From assembly GCA_040954595.2 (NCBI GenBank), contig CM082587.2, positions 7,553,705 through 7,617,704 of the forward strand: a DNA stretch of 64,000 nucleotides, written 5' to 3'. The stretch comes from Balanoglossus misakiensis. Lineage: Eukaryota; Animalia; Hemichordata. The translations under genes and the position numbers were made by a program. Positions within the stretch are counted from its first letter, which is position 1, and each line of letters begins with the position of its first letter. This document shows positions 1-20,230 of the stretch, piece after piece. The notes under the pieces were generated by a model that made no database searches, was not told the DNA's origin, and saw only the letters and a program-made list of their open reading frames with translations.

Positions 1-1384
1 TAATTATTTCTTGATGTAAATTAGCATAAGACTTTATATTTGTAGTTTATTTAGTCGACATTTCAGAAAAAAATCAGCTGCCCTTCCTGTGCCTACAAAC
101 CAAAATATAGAAGTGACACACGCAGACGTACATATATACATTTTTTTTTAATCAGTTGAAGTACATTTGCAATTCCATGCGTAGAATACTTCATAACACA
201 GAAATTTGTAACTGAAAGTTTGGGATTTCCATATCACATCAACTTGTATCATCATGGAAATGCGCCTACTTATGTGAGAGATTTATTACATTTATATATA
301 CCAGCTAGAGATCTGCGATCGAATGATAAATTCTGTTAAACGCAACCTCGTGGCAACATTGCCAAACTGTATGGATAGAGAGCATTTTCAGTATGTTCAC
401 CGTATTTACGTAATAATTTGGCTTTAGTAATCAAAAACACCAGAAGTGTTGATAGTTTAAAGCGCAATTTGAAAACCTACCATTTTGCTCAGTTTTATGT
501 GTAATGTGTTTGTTGTGATTGTAGTCTTTTGGTTCAATTATTTTATCCAGCTATGTACTTTTTTAATTCACTTTATTTAGCTACCGAATGTGTAATAATA
601 ATCACCCATTCCCTTTCATTGTGGTTTAACCACAGTAAGATATTCATACACACTATCCCTTCTGATATGATTTAAGATACATGTATTAGTGTATAGATTT
701 GCTATAACAGTTTGTACATGTTTGTCACACTAACGGAAAAATAAGGTTTGTCATTAATCCGAAGTTCTGTCTCATTAAAAAATGGCGAATAATAATTGCA
801 TCAAGGATTGGTGGGAAAATGATGTTTACTGACAAACTGAACAGTATGATGTGCTTGCCAAAATGTCCATGTTTGAGTATTTATAACGATGGTGTCTATA
901 CGACCTTGGATTCAAAGCAGCTGTTCACAACACTGTGAATTCAATGACCTATGTTGATAACAAGAAATCGCTCGAAATGACTCCTGACACCCCAAGCAGC
1001 AAGCAGTGTGTTTGAATAACACAATATTTACACAGGCGATATATGAGCGGATTTTCTGTTACAGCGAAGAATTGCTTCACAGTTCTACTCCAAATGAGCG
1101 ACACACCTGTGACAAGTAGGCCTAGTGTGTGTGTGTGTGTGTGTGTGAATACCAAAATATTTACACAGGCTATATATGACAAATGTTTACAACTACTTTG
1201 GGCATAGTTATGCAGCTAAGCATTGCTTCACCAGCCAACAGAATTTCTTCACGAGTAAAAGAAGAAACTGCTCCAAATTTAGTTTTTTTACATAGAAAAA
1301 TTCTCACAAGGATGAACATCGTCAGTATAATCAGGCAGCGATGACTTGAAAAAAGAAGGGATGCCCTAGCAGACAAAACCCTCT

Positions 1385-3660
1385 TGACAATATGTCATAC
1401 CCTCCCCTAGTTCTATACTTTGACAATAAAATGTCAAGCCCCCCCCCCCTAGTTCTGCACTTTGACTAATCAATACATGTCATGCCCTCAGGCCCCAAGA
1501 TGTGTATTATTACTGACAATATGTCAAACCCTCCCCTAGTTCTGTACTTTGACAATAAAATGTCAAGCCACCCCCCTAGTTCTGCACTTTGACTAATCAA
1601 TATATTTCATGCCCTCAGGCCCCAAGATGTGTATTATTACTGACAATATGTCATACCCTCCCCTAGTTCTGCACTTTGACAATAAAATGTCAAGCCCCCC
1701 CCCCCCCCAGTTCTGCACTTTGACTAATCAATACATGTCATGCCCTCAGGCCCCAAGATGTGTATTATTACTGACAATATGTCATACCCTCCCCTAGTTC
1801 TGCACTTTGACAATAAAATGTCAAGCCCCCCCCCCCCTAGTTCTGCACTTTGACTAATCAATACATGTCATGCCCTCAGGCCCCAAGATGTGTATTATTA
1901 CTGACAATATGTCAAACCCTCCCCTAGTTCTGTACTTTGACAATAAAATGTCAAGCCACCCCCCTAGTTCTGCACTTTGACTAATCAATATATTTCATGC
2001 CCTCAGGCCCCAAGATGTGTATTATTACTGACAATATGTCAAACCCTCCCCTAGTTCTGTACTTTGACAATAAAATGTCAAGCCACCCCCTAGTTCTGCA
2101 CTTTGACTAATCAATATATTTCATGCCCTCAGGCCCCAAGATGTGTATTATTACTGACAATATGTCAAACCCTCCCCTAGTTCTGTACTTTGACAATAAA
2201 ATGTCAAGCCACCCCCTAGTTCTGCACTTTGACTAATCAATATATTTCATGCCCTCAGGCCCCAAGATGTGTATTATTACTGACAATATGTCATACCCTC
2301 CCCTAGTTCTGCACTTTGACAATAAAATGTAAAGCCCTCCCCCCTAGTTCTGCACTTTGACTAATCAATACATGTCATGCCCTCAGGCCCCAAGATGTGT
2401 ATTATTACTGACAATATGTCAAACCCTCCCCTAGTTCTGTACTTTGACAATAAAATGTCAAGCCACCCCCTAGTTCTGCACTTTGACTAATCAATATATT
2501 TCATGCCCTCAGGCCCCAAGATGTGTATTATTACTGACAATATGTCATACCCTCCCCTAGTTCTGCACTTTGACTAATCAATATATTTCATGCCCTCAGG
2601 CCCCAAGATGTGTATTATTACTGACAATATGTCAAACCCTCCCCTAGTTCTGTACTTTGACAATAAAATGTCAAGCCACCCCCTAGTTCTGCACTTTGAC
2701 TAATCAATATATTTCATGCCCTCAGGCCCCAAGATGTGTATTATTACTGACAATATGTCATACCCTCCCCTAGTTCTGCACTTTGACAATAAAATGTAAA
2801 GCCCTCCCCCCTAGTTCTGCACTTTGACTAATCAATACATGTCATGCCCTCAGGCCCCAAGATGTGTATTATTACTGACAATATGTCATACCCTCCTGTA
2901 GTTCTGCACTTTGACTAATCAATATATTTCATGCCCTCAGGCCCCAAGATGTGTATTATTACTGACAATATGTCAAACCCTCCCCTAGTTCTGTACTTTG
3001 ACAATAAAATGTCAAGCCACCCCCTAGTTCTGCACTTTGACTAATCAATATATTTCATGCCCTCAGGCCCCAAGATGTGTATTATTACTGACAATATGTC
3101 ATACCCTCCCCTAGTTCTGCACTTTGACAATAAAATGTAAAGCCCTCCCCCCTAGTTCTGCACTTTGACTAATCAATACATGTCATGCCCTCAGGCCCCA
3201 AGATGTGTATTATTACTGACAATATGTCATACCCTCCTGTAGTTCTGCACTTTGACAATAAAATGTCAAGCCCCCCCCCCCCCCCTAGTTCTGCACTTTG
3301 ACTAATCAATACATGTCATGCCCTCAGGCCCCAAGATGGGTATTATTACTGACAATATGTCATACCCTCCCCTAGTTCTGTACTTTGACAATAAAATGTC
3401 AAGCCCCCCCCCCCTCCATAGTTCTGCACATTGACAATAAAATGTCAAGCCCTCCCCAGTTCTGTACTTTGACTAACCAATATATTTCATGCCCTCAGGC
3501 CCCAAGATGGGTATTATTACTGACAATATGTCATACCCTCCCCTAGTTCTGCACATTGACAATAAAATGTCAAGCCCTCCCCAGTTCTGTACTTTGACTA
3601 ACCAATATATTTCATGCCCCCCCCCTTCTAGATGTGTATTATGACTGAAAATATGTCACG
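1385..3660. repeat. Complex minisatellite with a ~127-bp unit built from three related TGAC-initiated subunits, about 17 copies, decaying towards ~4370
   Basis: GGCCCCAAGATG recurs at about 1491, 1618, 1749, 1879, 2006, 2132, 2258, 2385, 2512, 2599, 2725, 2853, 2940, 3066, 3194, 3327 and 3498. The CCCCTAGTTCTG(C/T)ACTTTGAC subunit occurs twice per full unit. Confidence 0.95.
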
Positions 3661-4811
3661 CCCCCTTTTTTGTTTTAAAACTGACAATGTCATGGCCCTC
3701 CCCTTGTTCTCTTTTATGACTGACAATAAAATCATTTAATGTGAAGCCCTGCCCTGGTTCTGTACTTGACTAACAAAAATATGCCATGCCCTCCCCTCCC
3801 CTAGATCTGTATAATGGCTGGCAATATATCAAGCCCTCCCCTTGTTCTTTACTTTGACTGACAGTAAAATGTTTATGCCCCCAAGTTCTGTAGTATACAT
3901 GTATTGAATAAAATGTAAAACTCATCCCTCGCCATGTACTTGGTAATATATTATTAGAAAAATGTCTGCCAACTCCTTGCTTTATACTATTATGTTGTAC
4001 TACGTGATAATAAAATGCCCCAGTTCTGTAGGTTACTGTAGGCATTAATAAAATGTCATGCCCACCCCCCCCCCCCCCTCTGTAACATGACCTTAAAAAA
4101 TGTGCCCAACTCAGGTAATGGTATTGTAATTTTCTGCCCTGGCCCAGTTCCATACATTTGAACTACGACTGATAGTAAATGCCATAGCCACGTGTAGCTC
4201 ATGTATGAAGACAGTTAATAAACAATCATGGAAAACTGCACTATGGCTGATGATAAAATTGTCATGTAGAACCCTAGGTCTGTATTGTACTAACAAGGTC
4301 CCACGTTTTCATAAAAATCATGCCCAACCCCAATAAAATATGTCATGCTGTGTACTATATGATAATTCAAAATGGTGACCCCTTAGGACTGATGCGGCAT
4401 TAACACTAGGACGTGTACTGATCTGAGGGAATCAGATCCCGTGAGGAGTACGGTGCCCAGAGTACAAATGTCCCAGTAGAAAACGCCGAATTTTGCTACA
4501 TCTCCGCCCGCGCCCGCCAAGCTCTTGCTCTCCGAAAAATAGGAGAATGTTACGAACGAACACGTGCGAGCGGACGATGGTGTTGCTACCGTTGATAAGG
4601 AGAATTTAGACACGGCGCTAAAATTAGTGTCTGCCACGACTATTACACCAAAACTGCCCTCCACAATAAATAATTAAAAACGCAGACTAAGTCGGCGAAG
4701 TCTTCACACAACGTGTCTTCCTCACGAGGAGCCATGTTTAACTGAGTTTGCATACCACATGTACCAAGAAGTCACGCCTTCCAGCCTCGTTCGCGGATTA
4801 CTTCCTATCGT

Positions 4812-4941
4812 TGTATTAATTTTCGCGTTTCATTCACTGCATCGTTATCTTATCAAAAATTATGCGATTTTTTATTTTCACGCTATTTTGGCTCTCGCGT
4901 ATTTCGCGAAAATATATTGCTCGCGAAAATAAAGTGTTTTA
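4812..4941. mobile_element. Truncated copy (right half) of the TTTTCGCG-rich MITE found at 10761-10963
   Basis: Shares TTCATTCACTGCATCGTTATCTT ... CTCGCGAAAATAAAGTGTTTTA with about 10825-10963. Confidence 0.8.
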
Positions 4942-7210
4942 GAGTACTTCCAACGCAAGAAGCAGAGGAGTCTGGGTAACCGAGACGAGCCTAAGTGATA
5001 CAAGCTCCGCCCCCAATCATGGAAAATTGACAGTTTCTCTTGGTATAGGATTTCTCGGACTGAGAATCAGGGGAAAATTGGATTTCCATAGATTCGAGTG
5101 CTGTGTAGGGCATGGCATTGATCTAGTATTTCCGTGACAATATATATAGAACTGCAAAGACAATTGATAATCGAACTGAAAAAAAGTCTATGGAAAAGCC
5201 ATGACCAGAAACCAGACACCATTCGCTTTTCCAGCTAATCAGACGGCCTATAACGAAAGTAAGACATTTTCTGTAAAATTTGTTCACAAAGGATACCCCG
5301 ATTATACATCTTTATTTGTTTGTGTGTTTGTTTTGTTTTTTTAGAGGTACGGAGGCCACCGTGGGCAATACAAGTGGCTTGATCTATGAAACTATGTCGA
5401 GGGTAAGAAAGAGCGAGTCTGCGCCCCCAATCGGCGGCGCTAGCGCATTCCATTCAGCCCATCGGTTAGTGTGGTTCCTTGCTCAATTCCCACCGCTGGC
5501 TGCGCTACGAGAATGCAACTCCCGCACCCTCGATCCCAGTCCCACCTTTCAGTGCACTACATTCGATAATTTATCGGCGGACATAGCCTCAGAGTGATCC
5601 GCATCCGATGTTACGACAGCGAATTTAAAAAAACATGGTGATACAAATACCGTAAATTGTTTTCTCTGTGTCATCACATTTTAGCCATTTTTTTTTGGGG
5701 GGGGGGGGGTTAGAGTGCGAAGAACAGGGGCACAAACTATCGATTTCTCACTCACCACATAGGTCGACCTGATATATGGACTTATTATTCAGGAGGCCCT
5801 GTCGGAATAAAGGTAGTTGGCTAACAAAGGTGAACACAATATAAAGACCGCGGAAAAGTACTTAGGTCTACGTGACACACATTATTGGCAAAGTGCCCGG
5901 GGGATTGCGCACTCTGTAAGGTCATTCATTTACCCAGAGAAAAAAAATCCCCGAGTTAAAAATATTTATGTTGTAATCAGGTCTTTGGAAAACCTCTGTT
6001 AAAATGCCAATAGGAAAACGGACAAACATACCATTCCTTGACATTCATCTTTTACAACGGTTAACTTATAAATCAGTCTTGAACATGAAACCTATGGAGT
6101 CTTACATTTTGTGTGTATTAAGCATGCACGTTCAGTACAATTGAAAGTATTGTCATTTTTTTTAATTGTGAATTTTTGGATTCTCCTGTGTATATATAAT
6201 GAAAATCCGTAAAGAAGTATAGGGGTCACCGCGTGTGTTTCTGAAATACAGAGCCATGAATTTAGTTGATAATAGAAGAAATCTGCTGACTCAGCATTTT
6301 CCAGCAATGGTTTGTCTGGGCAAAACATTTAACGAAAAATATCTCGAAATAGAGCTCGGTGACCATACGATTTTATTTGACCAATGAATTTATTTTTACA
6401 TGACTGAGCTATGTGTAAAACTTAGTGAAAATTACAATATTAGAAGTTTATTTTCTAGCAATTATCAATGTAATCCTATGGGAGAGAGACAGGCGCGCTG
6501 TTTATTAGTCCACAGACTGATAAACTGTTTTAAAAGAAGTTACTTCTGTACCTTGAAATATGTGGTTGGGACAAGTGATGGTGTCCCTTTGCCCTGGCAG
6601 GCCATTGACACCGGCAATGTCAATGTGCGCAAAAAATGAAAGAAAGAAAAATGGCTTAAGGGAAATGTATTTTAGGCCAAGTTGGTGATGTCGGTAGGCC
6701 TATTTTTCTACGAATTCAAAATGATACTATTCCTCCGATTTAATAATTGTATAACTGGCCAATTTTCTAAATAAGTCTCCCAGAGGGATTGAAGAAAAGC
6801 GAGCACGCGCGTCTGGAAACCACCACTTTCGTTTTGTCGACTTTCGGGGGAAAACACAATAAGGGGATTTCCAACGATATCTGAATAGCAACCCATAAGA
6901 TTCCACGCCCTTTTTTATACATAGGCTACATGACCTGTCAGTCAATACATGATTGACGCGGCTGCTTTTGCTGTGAAGTCCCAAGCGGGGATTTTTACTG
7001 GATATAATTAGTAAACAGGCGCCGCCCGCGGATCCAATTGCGTGTTCGTGTAGTAAAAGCAAACTCTGCGCCCTTGTCACTGACAAAACAATTTACATAG
7101 GAGAGAGACCCCCGTGCAAAGGCATTCACGCCCTCTACAGCGACAATTACAGCGAACGACGGTGCCCAGTTTCGATTCATTCCACCCAAGACTTGCAAAC
7201 GTTCAACAGT

Positions 7211-13556
<6,346 letters not shown>

Positions 13557-15204
13557 TGCAACCGCTGGCGATTGAAAATAGAAAAAACAAACACTACACG
13601 AACCTTAATTGGGAAGACCAGTTTTAGAATCACTTTATTCGATAACGAAATATCGCTTTCACTGTTTAAGACAACTAATTTTCATAGTTTACGTGTTTGG
13701 AAATCGCATGGAACGAAATAGAAGTCTTCATGCGAGCCTTCAATTTCGCGTCTACAAGTAAACCAGTTGTTGTCGATCAGAATGCGCTCGCTGACAAATA
13801 TACGCACATTTGACTTTGTTGTAGTCTTGGGGATTATCCCGCGTGAAGTTTGGTATCCGATCGCCAAAGTCTATCGTGCGGTATACTTGTAGTTGTCCAC
13901 AAGTTCATCTGTATGTAAAATATTTTGAGGGCGCGTAAAAATCAAAGTTCGTCTTTATTAGATTTTGCCCTTGTATAATGTGTACATGTTTTTGTCATAA
14001 CTGCTTTCAAACGGACTGTAAATTGTAAGGAGAAACCATTGGATATGTGTACTAGAATTGCAAAATCTATAGTGTGCCAGAAGGTGGTTATCACCAACGA
14101 CTATATGGACATAGTTTTAATTACAAAATACTTAGTCATACACATATGTACCGTATGTCTTATTTCGTCATTCTTCCCTCTCGATACAAGTTGTCCGTTT
14201 CATATGAGAATGACATGCAATTTGATCCGGCACTCACATAAGTCAGAAATCTATACAGCATTTAAAAGGTAGATTTTGAATATTTCAATATGCTCGATTT
14301 GCAATATATTGCATTAGTATTAAAGCTAGATTTACCTATCAAAGTATGTGTGTTTCATATTTCGCATGCATGTACACATATGAGACAATGTTTGCCTGTC
14401 AACATAATGGCGATTCAAACAAATAAGCAACCATTGATGCTTGCAGAACACATGCACTGGTAACCTAAAAACTTAAAACTTGAAAAGCGAGCCACATATA
14501 TTATGAGATGTAAGTTGAAACTATAGATGTGTCAGCATAATAAAACACATTTGTCAATTATGTAAATGAGTTAGTAACTTACATAACAGGCACCTCGTAT
14601 TTGCAGCATAGTACGACCACAGTCTGGTCAAATTACCTGCCAAATCATGTCATCGCGCATTGCTTAATAGTATGTTAATATGTTACAAATACGTGGAGCA
14701 CCAGTTCCTGAAGCTTACATCTGCCACTCTGAAAAGACACGCACCGTCTGGTGTCGTTGATGAAAACCCAAACGTGCAAAATTACAGAAACGCCAGCTGA
14801 ATAGACACAGTCAATACAGGTCGGACGCTGACCTGAGTGACCCCAGCTAAGCCTACGGAACAAAATGTGAACCGCGGCACGTATACACACACGCAACATG
14901 AACACTCTACACAGGTTTTGACACGACACGACACGTCCAACTAGTGACCTAATTCGCTCCATCACAAGAAACTAAAGCTTTGTAGACAAATGAAATATTC
15001 TCGTTTATTTTACGGGAAATGTTTCGAAATATTCCATAAAATAGAAATACAGCTGTGGTTACGCTGGTTTGAGAGAGTATTCGCCGTTTGGAAATGGTGT
15101 AAAAGTATACCGTTCATGTGGGCCCCGGCCACTTCGGGGAAACAGTGCAAAGAAAGGAAGGGCGTCTGGACAGAAAATGTAGGCGGGGGTATGAAAATAT
15201 TTTG

Positions 15205-15942
15205 GGGAGCATTCGTTTTTTACAGGGAGGGGGGGGGGCGGTGGAAATCAGGGGGGGGTTTACTTTTACAAAGCAGTTTTTAGGGGGGGACAAATTTTAT
15301 AATCAAGGGATTATTATATAGGGACTGAAAGGGGGGGACTTGAAAACTTTGACGGCTAAATATTTATTTTGAGTCCACAAAAATGCAGTTTCGCGTCCTT
15401 TATTTTACAAAATTTTCTAATGTGGGAGGGGGACACCCCCTCCCACACCCACCCCCTCCATTCATCAACACCTTTCAATCATTGACTGGTTTATCTAGTG
15501 TCCCAGGTCAGGGGACTTGCCCCCACCCCATGATAACTTTGAGCGGCGACGTTAATTTGCTTTTGCTGGGTTCATTAAAATGCAGCTTTGAGCTCTGTAT
15601 TTTATAAAATTTTCTTACGTGGGAGGGGGACACCCCCTCCCAGACCCACCCCCTTCAATTCTCGGTTTACAATGTCTCCCAACACACAATACAAATACTT
15701 AAAAAATAAAAACAATGTTCAGTTTTACTACCCACTGATGAGGGGAAACATCGGTTTCAAATTCTTTTCATGGGAGCGCTGTGTCCATGATAAGTTTAAT
15801 CCGGTGGATAAACTTTTTTTTTTTGGGGGGGGGGGGTCACATTTTAGAAAAGTAATTTCCAGGGGGGGTTGCCTTTTACATTTAGTCGGCGACTCAAATT
15901 CCACCGGCCCCCCCCCCCTCCCTGTAAAAAACGAATGCTCCC
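15205..15942. mobile_element. Non-autonomous TIR element of ~740 bp with G/C tracts
   Basis: Left GGGAGCATTCGTTTTTTACAGGGAGGGGGGGGGGCGGTGGAA is the inverted match of right TTCCACCGGCCCCCCCCCCCTCCCTGTAAAAAACGAATGCTCCC. An internal direct repeat AAATGCAG...GTGGGAGGGGGACACCCC lies at ~15381 and ~15578. Confidence 0.85.
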
Positions 15943-15974
15943 TTGGTGTCCAAGTGGAGTGGGGCTCTACTAGC

Positions 15975-16735
15975 ACCATATCGTGATTTTCGTCGAATTC
16001 GCGGACAATGACTCGACTGTTCTTGAAGACGTAATAGATCAGACGGTTGCACTGTCTGACCTGCAAAACTACACGTATCAATCAGAAATATGGTCCTTGA
16101 TTACCAAAGAATCAGACATATTTGCCCCTTTAGTTTCAATTTCTAAAACAATATTAAACTCCTATATGTTTGGGTTGGACTTAATTGTATCCAAATTGAT
16201 ACATTCAGGTTCTGCAATCCACACACTGTAATAGAGTGATGGCTGTCAATGTTGATGACATAAAAAGTGTACAAAAGGAATAACTGTGTTCACACTCTGG
16301 CATTTGAATGCACTTTACGCACACCTGCAAAAAAAGCTCCTGAAAATGCCTTGTGCCGTCTTTGCTGACACAGATCAATACTACAGGATGATGTTAGGGC
16401 CTGTCGGAGTGGCTATTAATTTGTTGTGAAGTAGGCATATGTCGGCCAGGATAAGTGTTTAAGCAAATACCATAGCGTTGTTTTCGTCGAATTCGCGGAC
16501 AATGACTCGTCTGTTCTTTATAGATCAGACGGTGCTGCAAAACTACATGTATCATTCAGAAATAAGGTCGTTGATTACAAAAGAATCAGACATATTTGCC
16601 CCTTTAGTTTCAATTTCTAAAACAATATTTAACTCCTATATGTTTCAGACATATAAGCTAATTTGGTCGGACTTATTAATTGTATCTGACTTAATACATT
16701 CTGGTTTTGCTATCTACACACTATAAATAGAGTGT
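15975..16735. repeat. Diverged ~260-bp direct duplication (about 15975-16235 and 16468-16735)
   Basis: Shared blocks TTTTCGTCGAATTCGCGGACAATGACTCG and AAAGAATCAGACATATTTGCCCCTTTAGTTTCAATTTCTAAAACAATATT. Confidence 0.9.
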
Positions 16736-19700
16736 CCCTGGTTTCATTTTATTGTGAGCCGTATGAGGCCGCGTCGACACAGAGCTGAAACAGACTCTTG
16801 GCTGAAAATGGAGTCAGCGATCCGTACTGAATTTCAACTGAATGCGCCGGTGTGGTCTTCTATTGTAGTCTTTTTAGTCGGAGCAATGAACTCTATCGGA
16901 GGTTGGAAAGTTGAATGCCTGGTGGGCACAGTGTGGTATTGAGCTGTTCCGCGGCTGGGCATGCGCCCGTGACTCGGAGTATTGAATGTTAAAAGCCTCG
17001 AACACATTTTAATTTGTAGCTACATGATTTATTGAAAATCTGTGATCATTTGAAAATTGACATAGCGTGAATTCAACACCTGTTCATTTATCGTGGGTTA
17101 AATTTCGCTGGGTTATCCACAGCGAAAATACCTTTGGGAAACGAATACACAATCCAATACACACCCTAAGGTAAATACTGTAAGCGGCTAACATGCATAC
17201 ACAACGTACTATTGAGTTGATGAGTTTTTAGTTGGGCCAACACTTTTGTCGTCTGCCAATTGTCGGATTTTCACTCAAGGAGAGGAACTCCAGCTTTCCA
17301 CACTTTCTCAACATTCTCATTTTTTTATAAACTGCGCAAGTGTATGACCGTCAGTTTCAGCGAAAATAACAACATACACAATGTATGTCTCATAGAGCCA
17401 AATTGAAGACGATGTTCTTAATATTGAGAAACTAGACCGGAAAGGTTGTCTAAAACATCCTGGTAGATGCCAATGAGTATAGCAAATGAGGTTTTGAGAT
17501 CTAGTTTCGCGTAAATCATCTTCTTCGCGTCTGCTTCTTCACGAAAATGTGATGTGATGACCACATTGACCGATCAGGATCGATGTCTGTACTGATTTAC
17601 AGATCCGTCTACGACGCAACATGAAATATTTGTAGTCAAATACATTTTTTGGTGTGGTCAGCATATGTGTACTTGGAAACAGGCCAAACACTGTGGTATG
17701 TCACCCACTCCCTGGGTTAACTGCTTTATTTATCACGCATCGCTTTCATTTCCATTTCCGATGAATTCACCATCAACACTATTACAAGTTACACTGTGAC
17801 ACAACTAGTGTCCAGATATGTATGACGCACTCAACTTTCATTTTCGTTTCCATGGAATTCTTCCTACCCTAAATAGGTTTTTGCTACCGAGGTGGGTGAT
17901 GACAAACTCATATGGTCGACGTAATTTCAAGATGGCCGATTTTTGCCCTGTGTAGACTAAAGTGATATTCGGTCAAAACATTGTAACTGATGAAATAACC
18001 AAATTTGAAAAAAAAGTTATATGCGTTTAATATGCTAACTACAAAAACATACTTTTTTACCAAAGGAAGTCATGAAAAACAGTCAGCGTATCATTTCTTC
18101 TATCTTTTACTACAGTGAGTTGTCGACATTTTATCCAGAATGCTATTATTATAAAATTATTTGACCCCCTAGCACAATATGAATACATATTTAAGGCAGC
18201 CAGAATTCTCCATGATCGTGCGTTCGACAGCATATCCTTTCACATCATGTCTAATAGATGAACAAGTAAGATTGCGTCAATGTTCAAATCCCCATGTTAG
18301 TTTAGGCATCTGGTGTATATTCAAAGCATACACGCGACGGCCGGATCAATCAATTAGCAGAGCTGTAAAGCGTCCTGCTTGCTTCCGTGTCCAAAGATAC
18401 TCCTACTTCAAGTACCTATGAAAATATGCCACTTGCATAACCCTTGGGTGGCCTTACATCCATGGTGTTATGTTGGTATGACAAAATATATATCATTACG
18501 CCATATGAAGTGTTCACCCTTTTGTAACAGATAAAATGGTAAAATCATACCAACAAAATGTCAGGATGTGAAGGTCACATTTATTCCTGAAGTATCTCCA
18601 ATACGTGTTAAATACAACTTCATGACAACTTTCTAAATTTGGACACAAAGAATTTTGTGTGCACCATTGTAATCGTCTGGGGCGACCTAATCATGTGATA
18701 CATAACTTCAAAGCAAGGGCTATTCCCATCCTATGACACAAGACTTATTTTCTGAATCTGATGATTCCCCAGCGAACGTTTCGACTGTCTCATGGTATTG
18801 CATTGTAATCCAAGTCACTCTACAGTATTTGAGCATACTCATTGTTCTCCCGCTCTTTGTCGTCGTTTAACAATGCGACACATTCAACAAACACGACACA
18901 TTCTTGGGCGAAGGGGTTGACCCAGTCTTGAGAGACGGGATGGCGGATTGCGTGTTCACTGGATGATTGCGACCCAGCTGACTAACCGTGTTAACTTATG
19001 ATAATACAATTTTCACACTCCAAACTTTGCTGAGGACACGAACACCAACTCTCCAATCTTATAAGCATATATCAAACTTGAAATGGACCTTTGTTGGAAG
19101 TTCACCGAGGCAATGAAAAAGTCATGACAACCAATATACTATTCAATTAGTTTCGATAGAATTTGGGTCTATGCCCGAACACACCGATGTCAGTTCTAAC
19201 TAATAGCAACTGCGGGGGAAAAAACGGCCGGGGAATTTCCCGAGCGCCGGGGAAATCCAGTTCCAGCTATAGGCACTATTGTGTCGATCGATATACAGTA
19301 TTCTCCGAAGAGTGATTAACCTGGATTTATAGTTCTAGTCTTCAAACGAAACTAACACCATCTGTAAAATGCCTGCTCATTGGCTTAAAGTCTCCATTTG
19401 TATTCGCGATATGCAAATATATTAAGTTCGTGAACTGCCACGTCGGACCACAACTTTTCAACCGAGATCTACAGTTCTGTATATCGCCTACTTCTGAATT
19501 TGAAATATGGCACACCCTTGCAAGATGCGAGATTTGGTGTAACTGAAACTAATGGAGATGTCCGTGTGTTTTGTTCTGACAACTTGGGACTGGTCGTGTG
19601 TCATATTAAGCCAACAGAACAAATTATTTACTTAAAAAAAAAAACTAAAATAATGTACAATATGAGCAAATTTGTTCCTTTAATTGGTCTGACAAACAAA

Positions 19701-20230
19701 CCCGCATGATTTAATATGGCATTATTTATGTGCACAGTCTTGTGCGACATTTGATTTTAGTGTTAACTCAAAAACCGGTTTTCCCGTCTGACGTAAATAG
19801 CCATGCATATGATTATAAAAGCATTCTCTGATTCGTCGGTTCAAGGGCTAAAATGGGGAGGGGTTTGTTTTACAGATGACACCTCTTGGTTGTTTGGTTT
19901 CACGGGGGTGCCAACCTCGTGGATGTGATCTACAACATTTTCGAACATCTTCTTATAAAAAGAAAATCCAATCACTGCTGCGGACAGTCTTTGTATTCCA
20001 CGAAGCAAGTTTGGACGTCATCTTGCAGGTACATTTAACAACCTCTCAGAGTTATTCTACCGTAAACCTACGAAACGCAAAGCGTAGGCAACTATTTGCA
20101 ATATTGTTTTTACCATATTTTCAACTTTGTAAATGTTAGCTGTGAACTGGAAGAGCGAAACATACAATCTTGTTACATAAAAAAGTTGTTTTGTTTCACG
20201 CATTTCAGACAACGGACGATATAGAGCAGA

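Noticed and set aside
1385-3660. Satellite as a CRISPR array or coding repeat
   Set aside because: No unique spacers, and stop codons and variable C-runs break all frames.
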